From NCBI GenBank assembly GCA_947478805.1, contig CANJXQ010000008.1, forward strand, positions 538-64,537: a stretch of DNA of 64,000 nucleotides. The letters run 5' to 3'. The stretch comes from Betaproteobacteria bacterium. Lineage in GTDB: Bacteria; Pseudomonadota; Gammaproteobacteria; Burkholderiales; SG8-39. The translations under genes were made by a program, and so were the position numbers. The notes below the pieces were generated by a model, which was not told where the DNA came from, ran no database searches, and saw nothing but the letters and a program-made list of their open reading frames with translations. This document shows, piece by piece, positions 1-10,742 of the stretch. Numbering within the stretch: the stretch's first letter is position 1; each line of letters begins with the position of its first letter.

Positions 1-420
1 GAGCCAGGCCTTGCGGCCGGCGAGGGCGCGCTTGAGCGGCTCCACCTTGCGGATTTCGCAGCAACGTTTCCGGAGATCGACGCTTTCGTAGAACCCGTCG
101 TGCCCGTGCACGGTGATGTACTGAGTGACTGCGGCGGCCTCGGGGCGGAACACCTGCAGCGCATAACAGTACTTCCGCTGGATGGCGTCGATCACGGCCA
201 GGGTGTCGCCATGCATGCGGCCGGTGTCGAGCGTGAAGACGTCGATCTGCACCTTATTGCGAAGAATCGCATCCGTGACCACCATGTCCTCGATGGACAG
301 GCTGGAGGCGAGCACCGCGGGGCTGAAGTCGGCGGCGATGCGCGCGAGCAGCGCCTCAAGGGTCGCGACGCGTGCGGACAGGCTTGCGCTCAATGCAGGG
401 CGCGTGGCGGTCAAAGTCAT
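1..420 (-). CDS. cysH: Adenosine 5'-phosphosulfate/PAPS reductase (runs off the window edge; 3' end missing)
   Basis: Manual minus-strand translation from ATG at 420: ...SSLSIEDMVVTD...VFTLDTGRMH...FYESVDLRKRCCEIRKVEPLKRAL. Start overlaps the DUF934 stop (TGATG). Confidence 0.9.
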   Translation of the reverse strand, partial: MTLTATRPALSASLSARVATLEALLARIAADFSPAVLASSLSIEDMVVTDAILRNKVQIDVFTLDTGRMHGDTLAVIDAIQRKYCYALQVFRPEAAAVTQYITVHGHDGFYESVDLRKRCCEIRKVEPLKRALAGRKAWL

Positions 421-950
421 CAGCGCGCTCCGGCGAGCCGGCGGCGAAACAGCGGCTGCGTCTCGACGGCTGAGGCCTGGTAGGCGTCAGCCAGTTCGTC
501 GAAGGCCAGCAGGGCGTCGGCCGGGTCCTGGTCGTCGCGCAGCAGAAAGGCGTCGAAGCCGCAGCGATGCATGCCCAGCAGCAGGTCCTTGATGACGGTG
601 CCGATGGCGCGGATTTCACCGGTGTAGCCGTGGCGCTCGCGCAGCAGGCGTGCCGTGGACAGGCCGCGGCCATCGGCGATGGACGGGAAGTTGATCGCGA
701 TCAGCGGCAGGCGCGCGAGATCGCCGGCGATGCTCTCCGGCCCGTCCTTGCTGTCGAGCCAGACGCCGGTCTTGCCGCTGCGTGCAGCCAGCGCGTCACG
801 TCGCGCCTGCCAGAGGGCCAGCGGAACGATAACGTCGCCATCGGCTGGAACCGGGGGGAGGGCGCCCGCAGTTTCGTTTGGACCAGCGCCCAGCTCAAGC
901 CGTAGCCAGCTGTCGGCTTCTACGCGGCGATTTCGAATCAGGTTTGCCAT
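420..950 (-). CDS. DUF934 family protein, associated with sulfite reductase
   Basis: Motifs IAINFPSIADGRGLSTARLLRERHGYTGEIRAIG and RCGFDAF; lies between cysI and cysH. Confidence 0.88.
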   Translation of the reverse strand: MANLIRNRRVEADSWLRLELGAGPNETAGALPPVPADGDVIVPLALWQARRDALAARSGKTGVWLDSKDGPESIAGDLARLPLIAINFPSIADGRGLSTARLLRERHGYTGEIRAIGTVIKDLLLGMHRCGFDAFLLRDDQDPADALLAFDELADAYQASAVETQPLFRRRLAGAR

Positions 951-2640
951 ATACGGCCTTTTTGAAAGGTTCGACGCCGATGCGATGCACGACGTCGATG
1001 AATCGCTCGGCCTCGCTGTCGCGACGCTCGAGATAGCAAGTGATCAGGTCTTCGATGACATCAGGCACTTCGGCACGCGCGAAGGACGGGCCGATCACCT
1101 TGCCGAGCGAGGCGCCGGGGAATGCTACGCCGGGGCGGATTTCGCCCTGCTTGGTTTCCCCTTGATTCCCGCCCACCTGGATCTGGTACCACTCCTCGCT
1201 GTTCTTGTCGACGCCGAGGATGCCGATATGGCCGACATGGTGATGCCCGCAGGCGTTGATGCAGCCGGAGATATTGAGGTCGAGCTCGCCGATGTCGTGA
1301 AGATAGTCGAGATTGTCGAATCGCTCCTGGATCGCCAGGGCGACCGGAATCGATTTGGCATTGGCCAGTGAGCAGAAATCGCCGCCGGGGCAGCAGATGA
1401 TGTTGGTAAGGAGCCCGATGTTCGGCGTGGCAAAGCCGAGCTTCTTCGCTTCTTCCCACACGGCGGCGAGGTCCGACTGGCGCACGTCGGCGAGGACCAG
1501 GTTCTGTTCATGCGAGACGCGCAGTTCGCCGAAGGAGTAGCGGTCGGCGAGATCGGCCACGGCATCCATTTGGGCCGAGGTCGCATCGCCGGGCGGGATG
1601 CCGGACTTCTTCAGCGACAGCGTTACCGCGGCGTAGCCCGGCACTTTGTGCGGGAAGACATTGCGCTGGTGCCAGTTGCGGAAAGCGGTATCGACGGCCA
1701 GTTTTTCGGCTAGTGCAGTGTCGTTCTCCGGCAGCGTTGCATAAGCTGGCTTGGTGAAGCGTGCCTCGACACGCCGGACTTCTTCGGCGATCAGCGTGTT
1801 GGGGCCATCCTTCAACAGCGCCCACTCGGCTTCGACTTCGGCGCGGAATTTTTCCAGGCCAGTTTCTTTCACCAGAATCTTGATGCGCGCCTTGTACATG
1901 TTGTCGCGGCGGCCGTAGCGGTTGTATACGCGCAGGGCCGCCTCGAGGTAGGTCAGCAGGTGCTGCCAGGGAAGGAATTCGCGCACCACGGGGCCGACGA
2001 TGGGCGTGCGGCCGAGACCGCCGCCGATGACGACGCGAAAGCCGATCTCGCCCTTGTCGTCTCGCACCGCATGCAGGCCGATGTCGTGCACGTGGGTGGC
2101 CGCGCGGTCGACGCTGGCGCCGTTCACTGCGATTTTGAATTTCCGCGGCAGCCAGTTGAATTCCGGATGGAAGGTCGACCATTGACGGATGATTTCGCAC
2201 CATACGAAGGAATCGACGATTTCGTCCCGCGCAACTCCGCCGAAATGGTCCGCGGTGATGTTGCGGATACAGTTGCCGGAGGTCTGGATGGCGTGCATCT
2301 GCACCGTCGCCAGTTCAGCAAGGATGTCCGGCACCTCTTCGAGCTTTGGCCAGTTGTACTGGATGTTCTGGCGCGTGCTGAAATGGCCGTAGTCGCGGTC
2401 GTACTTGCGTGCGATGTGGGCGAGCATGCGCAATTGCTGCGAGGACAGGATGCCGTAGGGAATGGCGACGCGCAGCATCGGCGCGTAACGCTGCACGTAC
2501 AGGCCATTTCTCAGGCGCAGCGGACGGAACTCTTCTTCCGACAACTTGCCAGCCAGAAAGCGCTGCGTTTGGTCACGGTATTGCGCGACGCGCTGGTCGA
2601 CGACGCGTTGGTCGATTTCATCGTAGATGTACAAGGACAT
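895..2640 (-). CDS. cysI: Sulfite reductase hemoprotein (nitrite/sulfite reductase family)
   Basis: FRPLRLRNGLY, TRQNIQ, TSGNCIRN, LPRKFKIA and the siroheme/4Fe-4S ligands CCPGGDFC and SGCINACG. Start placed at MSLYIYD. Confidence 0.92.
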   Translation of the reverse strand: MSLYIYDEIDQRVVDQRVAQYRDQTQRFLAGKLSEEEFRPLRLRNGLYVQRYAPMLRVAIPYGILSSQQLRMLAHIARKYDRDYGHFSTRQNIQYNWPKLEEVPDILAELATVQMHAIQTSGNCIRNITADHFGGVARDEIVDSFVWCEIIRQWSTFHPEFNWLPRKFKIAVNGASVDRAATHVHDIGLHAVRDDKGEIGFRVVIGGGLGRTPIVGPVVREFLPWQHLLTYLEAALRVYNRYGRRDNMYKARIKILVKETGLEKFRAEVEAEWALLKDGPNTLIAEEVRRVEARFTKPAYATLPENDTALAEKLAVDTAFRNWHQRNVFPHKVPGYAAVTLSLKKSGIPPGDATSAQMDAVADLADRYSFGELRVSHEQNLVLADVRQSDLAAVWEEAKKLGFATPNIGLLTNIICCPGGDFCSLANAKSIPVALAIQERFDNLDYLHDIGELDLNISGCINACGHHHVGHIGILGVDKNSEEWYQIQVGGNQGETKQGEIRPGVAFPGASLGKVIGPSFARAEVPDVIEDLITCYLERRDSEAERFIDVVHRIGVEPFKKAVYGKPDSKSPRRSRQLATA

Positions 2641-2647
2641 GGGGGCC

Positions 2648-3421
2648 TCAAAGTGCCAGCTTGGCGCCAATCAGCGCCAGCATGGCTGCAAGCAGGCTGC
2701 GCAGCAATCGTTCGGGCAGGTGCTGCCCGATGTTGCTGCCCAGCCAGATTCCGGGAAGCGAACCCATCAGCAGGCTCGCGAGCAAGGTCCAGTTGACCAC
2801 GCCGGTCGCGGCGTGGCCGAGCCCGGCCACCAGCGTCAGGGGGACGGCGTGGGCAATATCGGAGCCGACGATGCGCACCGCAGGCAACCCGGGCGCAAGA
2901 AAGCTCAGTGCCGTCACGCCCAGTGCGCCAGCGCCCACCGATGACAGCGTGACCAGCACGCCCAGCACTGCACCAACCAGCACGGTGAGGGGGACGGAGT
3001 GCGAATCGCCTGAGCGCGGGAATCGTTGTTGCGCAAGACGGTGCAGCCTGTCCCGGAAAAGCAGCGCGAGCGCAGTGAGGATGAGGGCGACTCCCAGCGC
3101 CGTGCTCATGACCGAAGACAAGTGTGCGTGATCGAAAGTCAGTACCTGCAGCATTACCAGCGTGACCAGCGCGGCCGGAACGCTTCCCATCGCCAGGTGT
3201 GTGACCAACTTCCAGTGGATGGTGCCGCGGCGCTGGTGCGCCCAGACGCCGCCCGCCTTGGTGATGGCGGCGTACAAGAGGTCCGTGCCGACTGCGGTCG
3301 CCGGCGTGATGCCGAAAAACAGCACAAGGAGCGGCGTCATGAGCGAGCCGCCGCCCACGCCGGTCACCCCGACGATGGCGCCGACGACAAAGCCTGACAA
3401 GATGTATGCCCCGTTGACCAT
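2648..3421 (-). CDS. TauE/SafE family sulfite exporter
   Basis: GVTGVGGGSLMTP, AVGTDLLYAAITK, VGSDIAHAVPL; hydrophobic multi-pass protein. Confidence 0.9.
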   Translation of the reverse strand: MVNGAYILSGFVVGAIVGVTGVGGGSLMTPLLVLFFGITPATAVGTDLLYAAITKAGGVWAHQRRGTIHWKLVTHLAMGSVPAALVTLVMLQVLTFDHAHLSSVMSTALGVALILTALALLFRDRLHRLAQQRFPRSGDSHSVPLTVLVGAVLGVLVTLSSVGAGALGVTALSFLAPGLPAVRIVGSDIAHAVPLTLVAGLGHAATGVVNWTLLASLLMGSLPGIWLGSNIGQHLPERLLRSLLAAMLALIGAKLAL

Positions 3422-3469
3422 ATGCGCTGCAAACCCTGAATCAATGGAAGGCGCTCATCTTAGGGACTA

Positions 3470-3515
3470 TTGGTTATAATGGAAAAGACTTAAAAGTTAA
3501 TATAGTTATAACCAA
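3470..3515. promoter_or_regulatory. Inverted repeat in the AT-rich divergent promoter; probable CysB/LysR-type operator
   Basis: Perfect 10-bp arms TTGGTTATAA (3470-3479) and TTATAACCAA (3506-3515) between the cys operon and cysB. Confidence 0.55.
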
Positions 3516-3522
3516 ATAGAAT

Positions 3523-4464
3523 ATGAATATTCAACAATTGCGCTATGTGCGGGAAACGGTGCGTCAGAACCTGAACCTGACCGAGGCGGCCAATCGGCTA
3601 TTCACCTCCCAGCCCGGCGTTTCCAAGCAGATTCGCGAATTCGAGCTCGAACTGGGTATTGAAATTTTCGTTCGGCGCGGCAAACGCTTCGTTGCCGTCA
3701 CTGAGCCCGGCAAGGCCGTGGTCAAGATCATCGACCGCATCCTGCTCGAGGTGGACAACTTGCGACAGGTCGGCCAGGATTTCAAGGAGGAGCGCTCGGG
3801 CGTGTTGACCATCGCGACGACGCATACCCAGGCGCGCTATTCCCTGCCCAAAGTGGTGACCGAATTCAAGCGTCGCTACCCGGGAGTGCAGTTGCACCTG
3901 CACCAGGGAAGTCCGCCCCATGTGGCGGAGATGACAGTCGAGGGCGAAGCGGATATCGCCATTGCAACGGAGTCACTGGATCGTTATCCGCGTCTCCTTG
4001 CCTTGCCGGCCTACACCTGGAGTCACTGCGTCGTAGTGCCCTTGAACCACCCGTTGGCCAAGCGAACATCCTTGACGCTGGAGGACCTGGTGTCACAACC
4101 CATCGTGACCTATGACCCGACCTTCACGGGAAGGTCGCGGATCGACCAGGCGTTCGCAGCCAAGGGACTGAAGCCGGAAATCGCCCTGTCAGCCATCGAC
4201 TCCGACGTCATCAAGTCCTACGTGGAGCTGGGCCTGGGCATCGGCATCATTGCATCCATGGCGTTCGATGCCGAACGCGACAAGGGGCTGGTAAGGCTCG
4301 AGGCGGGCCATCTCTTCCACAGCAATACCACTCGGGTGGCAATCAAACGAGGGGCTCATTTGCGCGGGTTTGCCTACGAGTTCATCGAGCTGTTCTCGGC
4401 GCCGCTGACACGCGCGGCGATTGAAAAGGCGCTGGTCGGTGAAGGCGAGCAGTACGAGCTTTGA
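3523..4464 (+). CDS. cysB: CysB/Cbl family LysR regulator
   Basis: MNIQQLRY...LFTSQPGVSKQI HTH, IATTHTQARY, DSDVIKSYVELGLGIGI. Confidence 0.92.
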   Translation: MNIQQLRYVRETVRQNLNLTEAANRLFTSQPGVSKQIREFELELGIEIFVRRGKRFVAVTEPGKAVVKIIDRILLEVDNLRQVGQDFKEERSGVLTIATTHTQARYSLPKVVTEFKRRYPGVQLHLHQGSPPHVAEMTVEGEADIAIATESLDRYPRLLALPAYTWSHCVVVPLNHPLAKRTSLTLEDLVSQPIVTYDPTFTGRSRIDQAFAAKGLKPEIALSAIDSDVIKSYVELGLGIGIIASMAFDAERDKGLVRLEAGHLFHSNTTRVAIKRGAHLRGFAYEFIELFSAPLTRAAIEKALVGEGEQYEL

Positions 4465-5846
4465 GTCCCCGAACCGTGTCCCGCAAATTCGCCCACGATA
4501 TTTATCGCCTGGCCTGGCCGGTGCTGATCGCGCAACTGGCGGTCATGGCTTATGCGGTCATCGATACGCTGATGGCCGGTCGATACGCCACGGATGACCT
4601 GGCCGCAGTCGGGATCGGCGCATCCATCTACTTCAGTGTATTTGTCGCCTTGATGGGCGTTTTGCTTGCTGTCTCGCCAATGGTGGCACAGCTCTTCGGT
4701 GCCGGGCGCCACGAAGAGATCGGCGAGCAGGTGCGACAAGCGATGTGGCTGACCCTGGGCCTCGCGGTGCTGTCGGTGTTCGTGTTCCGCTATCCCGAGC
4801 CATTGCTGGCCTTGAGCGAAGCGTCCCCCCCGGTCGCAGCAAAGGTTCGCAGCTACCTTGCGATCGCTGCGTGGGGCGTTCCCGCCGGACTGGCATTCCG
4901 CCTGTTTGCCAGCTACACCACGGCGGTGTCGCGTCCGCGCGTGATGATGTTACTGAACGTGATGGGGCTGGCGCTCAAGGTACCCCTGAATTGGGTCTTC
5001 GTCTTCGGGCACCTGGGGGCCCCGGAAATGGGTGCTGCAGGTTGCGCCCTGTCGACCGTGCTGGTGAACTGGTTCGTGTGCATCCTTTCCTGGCTGTGGT
5101 GCGGCCTGTCCCCAGCCTACCGGAGCCATGCGACATTCACACGCTGGTCCTGGCCGCGCTGGGCCGATCAGCGGCGGTTGATCACCCTGGGCCTGCCGAT
5201 CGGCCTGACCTTCCTCGTGGACGTCACCGCATTCACGTTCATGGCATTGTTCGTGGCTCGTCTCGGCGCGGTGAATTCTGCCGCCCACCAGATCGCTGCC
5301 AACGTGGCGGCCGTGATGTTCATGTTGCCGCTGGCCATGGGCAATGCGGCCGGGGTGCTGGTGGGGCAGGCCATCGGGGCGCGCGAGTTCGCGCGCGCGC
5401 GCGCTACCGGCGTGACGGGAATAGCCATGGCCTTTGGCCTTGCCGGCGTGTCCGGTGTGACCCTGGTGGCCGGCGCCACGGGTGTGGCCGCCTTCTATTC
5501 ATTGGATGCCAGCGTGAGGGACGTCGCGGCGACCTTGCTGGTGCTGGTGGCGGCGTACCACGTGTTCGACGCCACGCAGGTGGTCACCGTCAACGTGCTG
5601 CGTGGCTACAAGCGCGCGATGGTGCCGCTGCTGATCAATGCCACGGGGCTGTGGGGGGTCGGCCTTCTGGGGGGATACGCGCTTGGGCTGACCGATACGA
5701 TCCACCTGGGTGCGCTGGGCCTTGTGACACCGCTGGGGGTGCCGGGATTCTGGGCCGCAGCGATCATCGGCATGTTCGTGTCGGTGGTGGGCATTCTCAT
5801 CTACTTCTTCAGGGTCAGCGCGGGGCATCGCACCCGGCCTGCATGA
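4461..5846 (+). CDS. MATE family efflux transporter (NorM-like)
   Basis: LAWPVLIAQLA...IDTLMAGRY..DLAAVGIG, LGLPIG, AAHQIA, LRGYK; about 12 hydrophobic segments. Start codon uncertain. Confidence 0.88.
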   Translation: MSPRTVSRKFAHDIYRLAWPVLIAQLAVMAYAVIDTLMAGRYATDDLAAVGIGASIYFSVFVALMGVLLAVSPMVAQLFGAGRHEEIGEQVRQAMWLTLGLAVLSVFVFRYPEPLLALSEASPPVAAKVRSYLAIAAWGVPAGLAFRLFASYTTAVSRPRVMMLLNVMGLALKVPLNWVFVFGHLGAPEMGAAGCALSTVLVNWFVCILSWLWCGLSPAYRSHATFTRWSWPRWADQRRLITLGLPIGLTFLVDVTAFTFMALFVARLGAVNSAAHQIAANVAAVMFMLPLAMGNAAGVLVGQAIGAREFARARATGVTGIAMAFGLAGVSGVTLVAGATGVAAFYSLDASVRDVAATLLVLVAAYHVFDATQVVTVNVLRGYKRAMVPLLINATGLWGVGLLGGYALGLTDTIHLGALGLVTPLGVPGFWAAAIIGMFVSVVGILIYFFRVSAGHRTRPA

Positions 5847-5876
5847 AGCAAATTGCCGTGCTTCCCCGTGTTCGAA

Positions 5877-6722
5877 CTACAGGCCCAGCCGGCGCCAGAT
5901 TTCAGTCGTCAGCCCGGCTTGGTTCATGGTGTAGAAGTGCAAGCCGGGCGCGCCCTGAGCAAGCAGGCGGCTGCAGAGCTCGGTGATGACATCCAGCCCC
6001 AGGCTGCGAATGGATGCCGTGTCGTCGCCGTAGCTTTGCATCTTGAGTCTTAGCCAGCGGGGGATTTCGGCACCGCAGGCATCCGAGAAGCGCGCCAGTT
6101 GAGAGAAGTTCGCGATCGGCATGATGCCCGGGACGATGGGGATGGTTATGCCCAGCTTCGCGCAATCGTCCATGAAGCGGAGATAGCAATCGGCGTTGAA
6201 GAAGTATTGCGTCAGCGCAGAGTCGGCTCCCGCATCCACCTTGCTCTTGAATCGCAACAGGTCGTCCTGCGCGCTCTTTGCCTGCGGGTGGAATTCCGGG
6301 TAGCAGGCGACCTCGATGTGGAACTGGCGGCCGGTCGCCTCGCGGATGAAGGCGACCAGTTCATTGGCATAGCGCAGCTCGCCCGCGCTGGCGGCGCCAG
6401 AGGGCAGGTCGCCGCGAAGCGCAACGATGTGACGCACGCCCTTGGAGCGATACAACTCCAGCGTGGCGGCGATGTCCTTGCGCGTGGAGCCGATGCAGGA
6501 CAGGTGCGGAGCGGCGGCATTGCCGTCGGCCTGGATCTCGAGTACGGTATCCAGCGTGCGGTCGCGCGTGGAGCCGCCGGCCCCATAGGTGACGGAAAAG
6601 AACTTCGGCTTGAGCACCGCGAGTTCCTTCCAGGTGGCGCGAAGCTTCGCCTCCCCTTCCGGTGTCTTGGGCGGGAAGAACTCGAAGCTGAAACTGCGGG
6701 GATGCGATCGTTGCGATGTCAT
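5877..6722 (-). CDS. metF: 5,10-methylenetetrahydrofolate reductase
   Basis: SFEFFPPKT, SVTYGAGGST, ALRGDLP, TQYFF, PGIMPI, LHFYTMN. Confidence 0.95.
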   Translation of the reverse strand: MTSQRSHPRSFSFEFFPPKTPEGEAKLRATWKELAVLKPKFFSVTYGAGGSTRDRTLDTVLEIQADGNAAAPHLSCIGSTRKDIAATLELYRSKGVRHIVALRGDLPSGAASAGELRYANELVAFIREATGRQFHIEVACYPEFHPQAKSAQDDLLRFKSKVDAGADSALTQYFFNADCYLRFMDDCAKLGITIPIVPGIMPIANFSQLARFSDACGAEIPRWLRLKMQSYGDDTASIRSLGLDVITELCSRLLAQGAPGLHFYTMNQAGLTTEIWRRLGL

Positions 6723-6837
6723 TCCGTAATCCTGCGAACGTCTCAGTCGCGCGCGCATCGATCGACGGCGAAGCCGTTCGATCCTATGCGCGCAGTTAAA
6801 GCGGCGACCCGCGCGGCGGGTCGTCCGCATTTAACAA

Positions 6838-8274
6838 CTAATAGCGGTATGCATCCGGCTTGTAGGGCCCCTGTTTCTCCACGCCGATGTAACGCGCCTG
6901 CACGTCGGTCAGCTCGGTGAGCTTTGCATTGAGCTTCTTCAGCTGCAGGCGCGCCACCTTCTCGTCCAGGTGCTTGGGCAGCACATACACGCCGATTGGG
7001 TACTTGTCCGGGTTAAGGAACAGTTCAATCTGCGCGATGGTCTGGTTGGCAAAGGAAGAGCTCATCACATAGCTCGGGTGACCGGTGCCGCAACCCAGGT
7101 TCACCAGGCGTCCTTCGGCTAGCAGGATGATGCGCTTGCCCGCTTTGCCGTCCATCGGGGGGAAGATGACGTGATCGACCTGCGGCTTGATGTTTTCCCA
7201 TGTGTACTGCTTGAGCGCCGCGATGTCGATTTCGTTGTCGAAGTGGCCGATGTTGCAGACGATGGCCTGGTCCTTCATCTTCTTCATGTGCTCATGCGTG
7301 ATGACATGGAAGTTGCCGGTGGCCGACACGAAGATGTCGCCGTGTTCGGCGGCATAGTCCATGGTCACGACGCGATAGCCTTCCATGGCAGCCTGCAGCG
7401 CGCAGATCGGGTCGATTTCCGTCACCCACACCTGTGCGGACAGGGCGCGCAGCGCCTGGGCGGAGCCCTTTCCCACGTCACCGTAACCGCACACGACGGC
7501 AACCTTGCCGGCCACCATGACGTCGGTGGCGCGCTTGATGCCGTCCACCAGCGACTCACGGCAACCGTACAGGTTGTCGAACTTGGATTTGGTCACCGAA
7601 TCGTTGACATTGATGGCGGGGAACTTCAGCGCCCCGTCCTTGGCCATCTGGTACAGGCGCTTCACGCCGGTGGTGGTTTCCTCGGTAACGCCGCGGATCT
7701 TGGACAGCCGCGTCGAGTACCACTTCGCATCCTTGGCCAGCTTGGCCTTGATCGAGGCAAATAGCACGGTTTCCTCTTCGCTGCCGGGATGCTTGAGCAA
7801 GCTGGCGTCAGACTCGGCGCGCGCGCCCAGGTGCAGCAGCAGGGTTGCATCGCCGCCGTCGTCGAGGATCATGTTCGAATAACCCTTGTCAGGCCACTCG
7901 AATATGCGGTGGGTGTAGTCCCAGTATTGCTCGAGGGTTTCGCCCTTGATGGCGAACACGGCGGTGCCGTTCGCGGCAATCGCAGCGGCTGCGTGGTCCT
8001 GCGTCGAGTAGATGTTGCACGATGCCCAGCGGACTTCCGCCCCCAGTGCTTCCAGCGTTTCGATCAGCACGGCGGTCTGGATGGTCATGTGCAGGGAGCC
8101 CGTGATGCGGGCGCCGCGCAATGGCTGCTGGGAGGCGTATTCCTCGCGAATGGCCATGAGACCGGGCATTTCGGTCTCGGCGATGGCGATTTCCTTGCGG
8201 CCCCATGCGGCAAGGGCCAGGTCGGCGACTACGTGGTCGCCAGCAACTGCTTTGGATTTGAGTACGGCGCTCAT
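6838..8274 (-). CDS. ahcY: Adenosylhomocysteinase
   Basis: [60 protein letters not shown]. Confidence 0.97.
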   Translation of the reverse strand: MSAVLKSKAVAGDHVVADLALAAWGRKEIAIAETEMPGLMAIREEYASQQPLRGARITGSLHMTIQTAVLIETLEALGAEVRWASCNIYSTQDHAAAAIAANGTAVFAIKGETLEQYWDYTHRIFEWPDKGYSNMILDDGGDATLLLHLGARAESDASLLKHPGSEEETVLFASIKAKLAKDAKWYSTRLSKIRGVTEETTTGVKRLYQMAKDGALKFPAINVNDSVTKSKFDNLYGCRESLVDGIKRATDVMVAGKVAVVCGYGDVGKGSAQALRALSAQVWVTEIDPICALQAAMEGYRVVTMDYAAEHGDIFVSATGNFHVITHEHMKKMKDQAIVCNIGHFDNEIDIAALKQYTWENIKPQVDHVIFPPMDGKAGKRIILLAEGRLVNLGCGTGHPSYVMSSSFANQTIAQIELFLNPDKYPIGVYVLPKHLDEKVARLQLKKLNAKLTELTDVQARYIGVEKQGPYKPDAYRY

Positions 8275-8306
8275 TCTCGCGCCCTCCTTTCTTTCGAAAA
8301 AAGTGT

Positions 8307-8380
8307 GCGAGCGCCGTTGGATAGTTACCTCCCGAGCCTGGCGAACCTGTGAAGGTCCGTCGCAACGCTCCTCGGGAGAG
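8307..8380 (-). ncRNA. SAH riboswitch in the ahcY leader
   Basis: Minus strand reads CCGAGGAGCGTTGCGAC...GCCAGGCTCGG...CAACGGCGCTC, the hallmark SAH riboswitch segments, directly upstream of ahcY. Confidence 0.9.
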
Positions 8381-8502
8381 GCCGAATTTTAGCCTAAATC
8401 AGGCCTTGGAACTGCATGCACGGCGCCACAAATGAAATCGCCCGCGCATATGACCGGGCGACTGTAAAACTGAGTGCTTACTCGCGGGTTGCCCCGCGCC
8501 AC

Positions 8503-9687
8503 TCAGGCGGGGACTGTTTCGCGCTTGATTCCTGCATCAGCAGCCAGGGCCGATGCCTTATCCATGTTCTCCCACGTAAATTCCGGCTCGTCGCGGCCGA
8601 AATGGCCGTAGGAGGCGGTTTTCTCGTAGATCGGACGCAGCAGGTCGAGCATCTGGATGATGCCCTTGGGTCGCAGATCAAAGTGCTTTTGCACGATCTC
8701 GGACAGTTTCTCGTCGGAAACCTTGCCGGTGCCGAAAGTCGTGACCATGACACTGGTCGGCTTGGCAACGCCGATGGCATAGGACACCTGGATCTGGCAG
8801 CGGCTGGCGAGACCGGCGGCAACCACGTTCTTCGCGACATAGCGCGCCGCATAGGCTGCCGAGCGGTCCACCTTCGTCGGATCCTTGCCGGAGAAGGCGC
8901 CGCCGCCATGCGGGGCGGAGCCCCCATAGGTATCGACGATGATCTTGCGGCCCGTCAGGCCGCAATCGCCCTTGGGGCCGCCGATTTCGAATGCCCCCGT
9001 CGGATTCACGAGATAGTTGATCTTGCCCTTGACGAGGTTCTTCGGCAGCACGGGCTTGATGACCTGCTCGATGATGGCCTCTTCAATTTGCTTGTGCGTT
9101 ACACCGGGCCGATGTTGCGTCGACAGAACCACGGTATCGATGGCATCGGGCTTGCCATCCACGTAGCGAATCGTGACCTGCGACTTGGCATCCGGGCGCA
9201 ACCACGGCAGGCGCCCGTCGCGACGCAGCTCCGACTGGCGCTCCACCAGCCGATGCGACAACCAGATGGGAAGCGGCATGTACTGTGGCGTTTCATCGCA
9301 CGCATAGCCGAACATCAGGCCCTGGTCGCCAGCGCCCTGGTCGAGGTCGAGTCCCTTGCCTTCGTCCACGCCCTGGGCGATGTCCTGCGACTGTTCGCCG
9401 TAGGCAACGATGACGGTGCAGGTGTTGGTATCGAATCCGATGGCCGGGTCGGTGTAACCGATACGCTTGATGGTCCGGCGCGCGACGTCGTCGAAATTCA
9501 CCTTCGCACCGGTGGTGATTTCGCCCGCGAGCACGACGAGATTGTCCTTCACCAGCGTCTCGGCCGCGACTCGGGAGCGCTTGTCCTGGGCTAGAATCGC
9601 ATCAAGGATTGCGTCGGAAATTTGATCCGCAACCTTGTCCGGATGGCCTTCGGAGACGGACTCGGAAGTAAACAGGAAGCTCGACAT
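8503..9687 (-). CDS. metK: S-adenosylmethionine synthetase
   Basis: [42 protein letters not shown]. Confidence 0.97.
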   Translation of the reverse strand: MSSFLFTSESVSEGHPDKVADQISDAILDAILAQDKRSRVAAETLVKDNLVVLAGEITTGAKVNFDDVARRTIKRIGYTDPAIGFDTNTCTVIVAYGEQSQDIAQGVDEGKGLDLDQGAGDQGLMFGYACDETPQYMPLPIWLSHRLVERQSELRRDGRLPWLRPDAKSQVTIRYVDGKPDAIDTVVLSTQHRPGVTHKQIEEAIIEQVIKPVLPKNLVKGKINYLVNPTGAFEIGGPKGDCGLTGRKIIVDTYGGSAPHGGGAFSGKDPTKVDRSAAYAARYVAKNVVAAGLASRCQIQVSYAIGVAKPTSVMVTTFGTGKVSDEKLSEIVQKHFDLRPKGIIQMLDLLRPIYEKTASYGHFGRDEPEFTWENMDKASALAADAGIKRETVPA

Positions 9688-9858
9688 GCTGGGCACCCAT
9701 AATGAAAACGATAGAGGGTCGGAAGGTTATCACGACTTCCACCGCTCGTCGCCGGATGCCTGCCTTTGCGGGCCTCTCCGTGAGTCCCGCAGTTTTTCCT
9801 GCGCCAGCCTGCTTGAAATAATGAGCCCCGCCAATGCGTTGCGATTTCGGGCGCATGC

Positions 9859-10704
9859 ATGCTGAAGATTCTGGCTGCGCTGCCACTGTCCCTATTTCAT
9901 CGACTGGGCCACGTGCTGGGATGGATGGTGTGGCTGTTGTCGCCGCGGTTTCGCCGGCTGACCCGTGAAAATCTCGCTACCGCGGCCATCCTTGACCCGG
10001 CAACTCTAAGGCGGTCCGTGGCAGAGGCGGGAAAAGGCGCGCTCGAGATCATCCCGATCTGGTTCAGGGAACAATCCGAAGTCGCCGCCATGCTGCAGGT
10101 GGATCGCGACGTCATTGCAGTGCTCGATCGGGCCAAGTCGGTTGGCAAGGGCGTCATTTTCATCACCCCCCATCTGGGTTGCTTTGAAATTACGGCCCAA
10201 TGGTATGCGCTTAACCGTGGACCGATGACCGCTCTGTTTTCGCCACCCAAGAAAGGCGTGATGGACTACCTGATCACGACCGGGCGGGAAAAGCCCAATC
10301 TGCGGCTGGCGGCGCCGGGAATGCGCGGCATGCGGGCGTTGCTTCGTGCGCTCAAGGCCGGGGAGGCGGTGGGGATCCTGCCCGACCAGGTTCCCGGCGC
10401 GGGGGAAGGCGAATGGGCACTGTTCTTCGGTCGTCCTGCATACACCATGTCGCTGGTGCATCGCCTTGCAGAGTCCACTGGCGCGCAAATCATCATCGCT
10501 TATGCAGAGCGACTGCCGAACGGCAAAGGCTATCGTGCACATGCTGCAGCCATGCACCCGGCGAATCCTGATGAGACGCCTGCACGGCATCTCAATCGCG
10601 TGTTGGAGGAGATCATCAGGCGCTGTCCGGAACAATACCTGTGGAGTTACAACCGCTACAAGGTGCCTGCGGGCGTTGTGCCGCCGGTGGCGAGTAGCGG
10701 GTGA
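9859..10704 (+). CDS. Lipid A biosynthesis/lysophospholipid acyltransferase (LpxL/HtrB family)
   Basis: ITPHLGCFE, ILPDQVP, FFGRPA, PEQYLWSYNRYK. Confidence 0.85.
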   Translation: MLKILAALPLSLFHRLGHVLGWMVWLLSPRFRRLTRENLATAAILDPATLRRSVAEAGKGALEIIPIWFREQSEVAAMLQVDRDVIAVLDRAKSVGKGVIFITPHLGCFEITAQWYALNRGPMTALFSPPKKGVMDYLITTGREKPNLRLAAPGMRGMRALLRALKAGEAVGILPDQVPGAGEGEWALFFGRPAYTMSLVHRLAESTGAQIIIAYAERLPNGKGYRAHAAAMHPANPDETPARHLNRVLEEIIRRCPEQYLWSYNRYKVPAGVVPPVASSG

Positions 10705-10742
10705 AGCCCGACGCATCCCATGGGAATGGGGGGTAAGCCCGC

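Noticed and set aside
9700-9850. SAM riboswitch upstream of metK
   Set aside because: Some hairpins are present, but I could not match SAM-I, SAM-II or SAM-SAH consensus segments by eye; a covariance search is needed.
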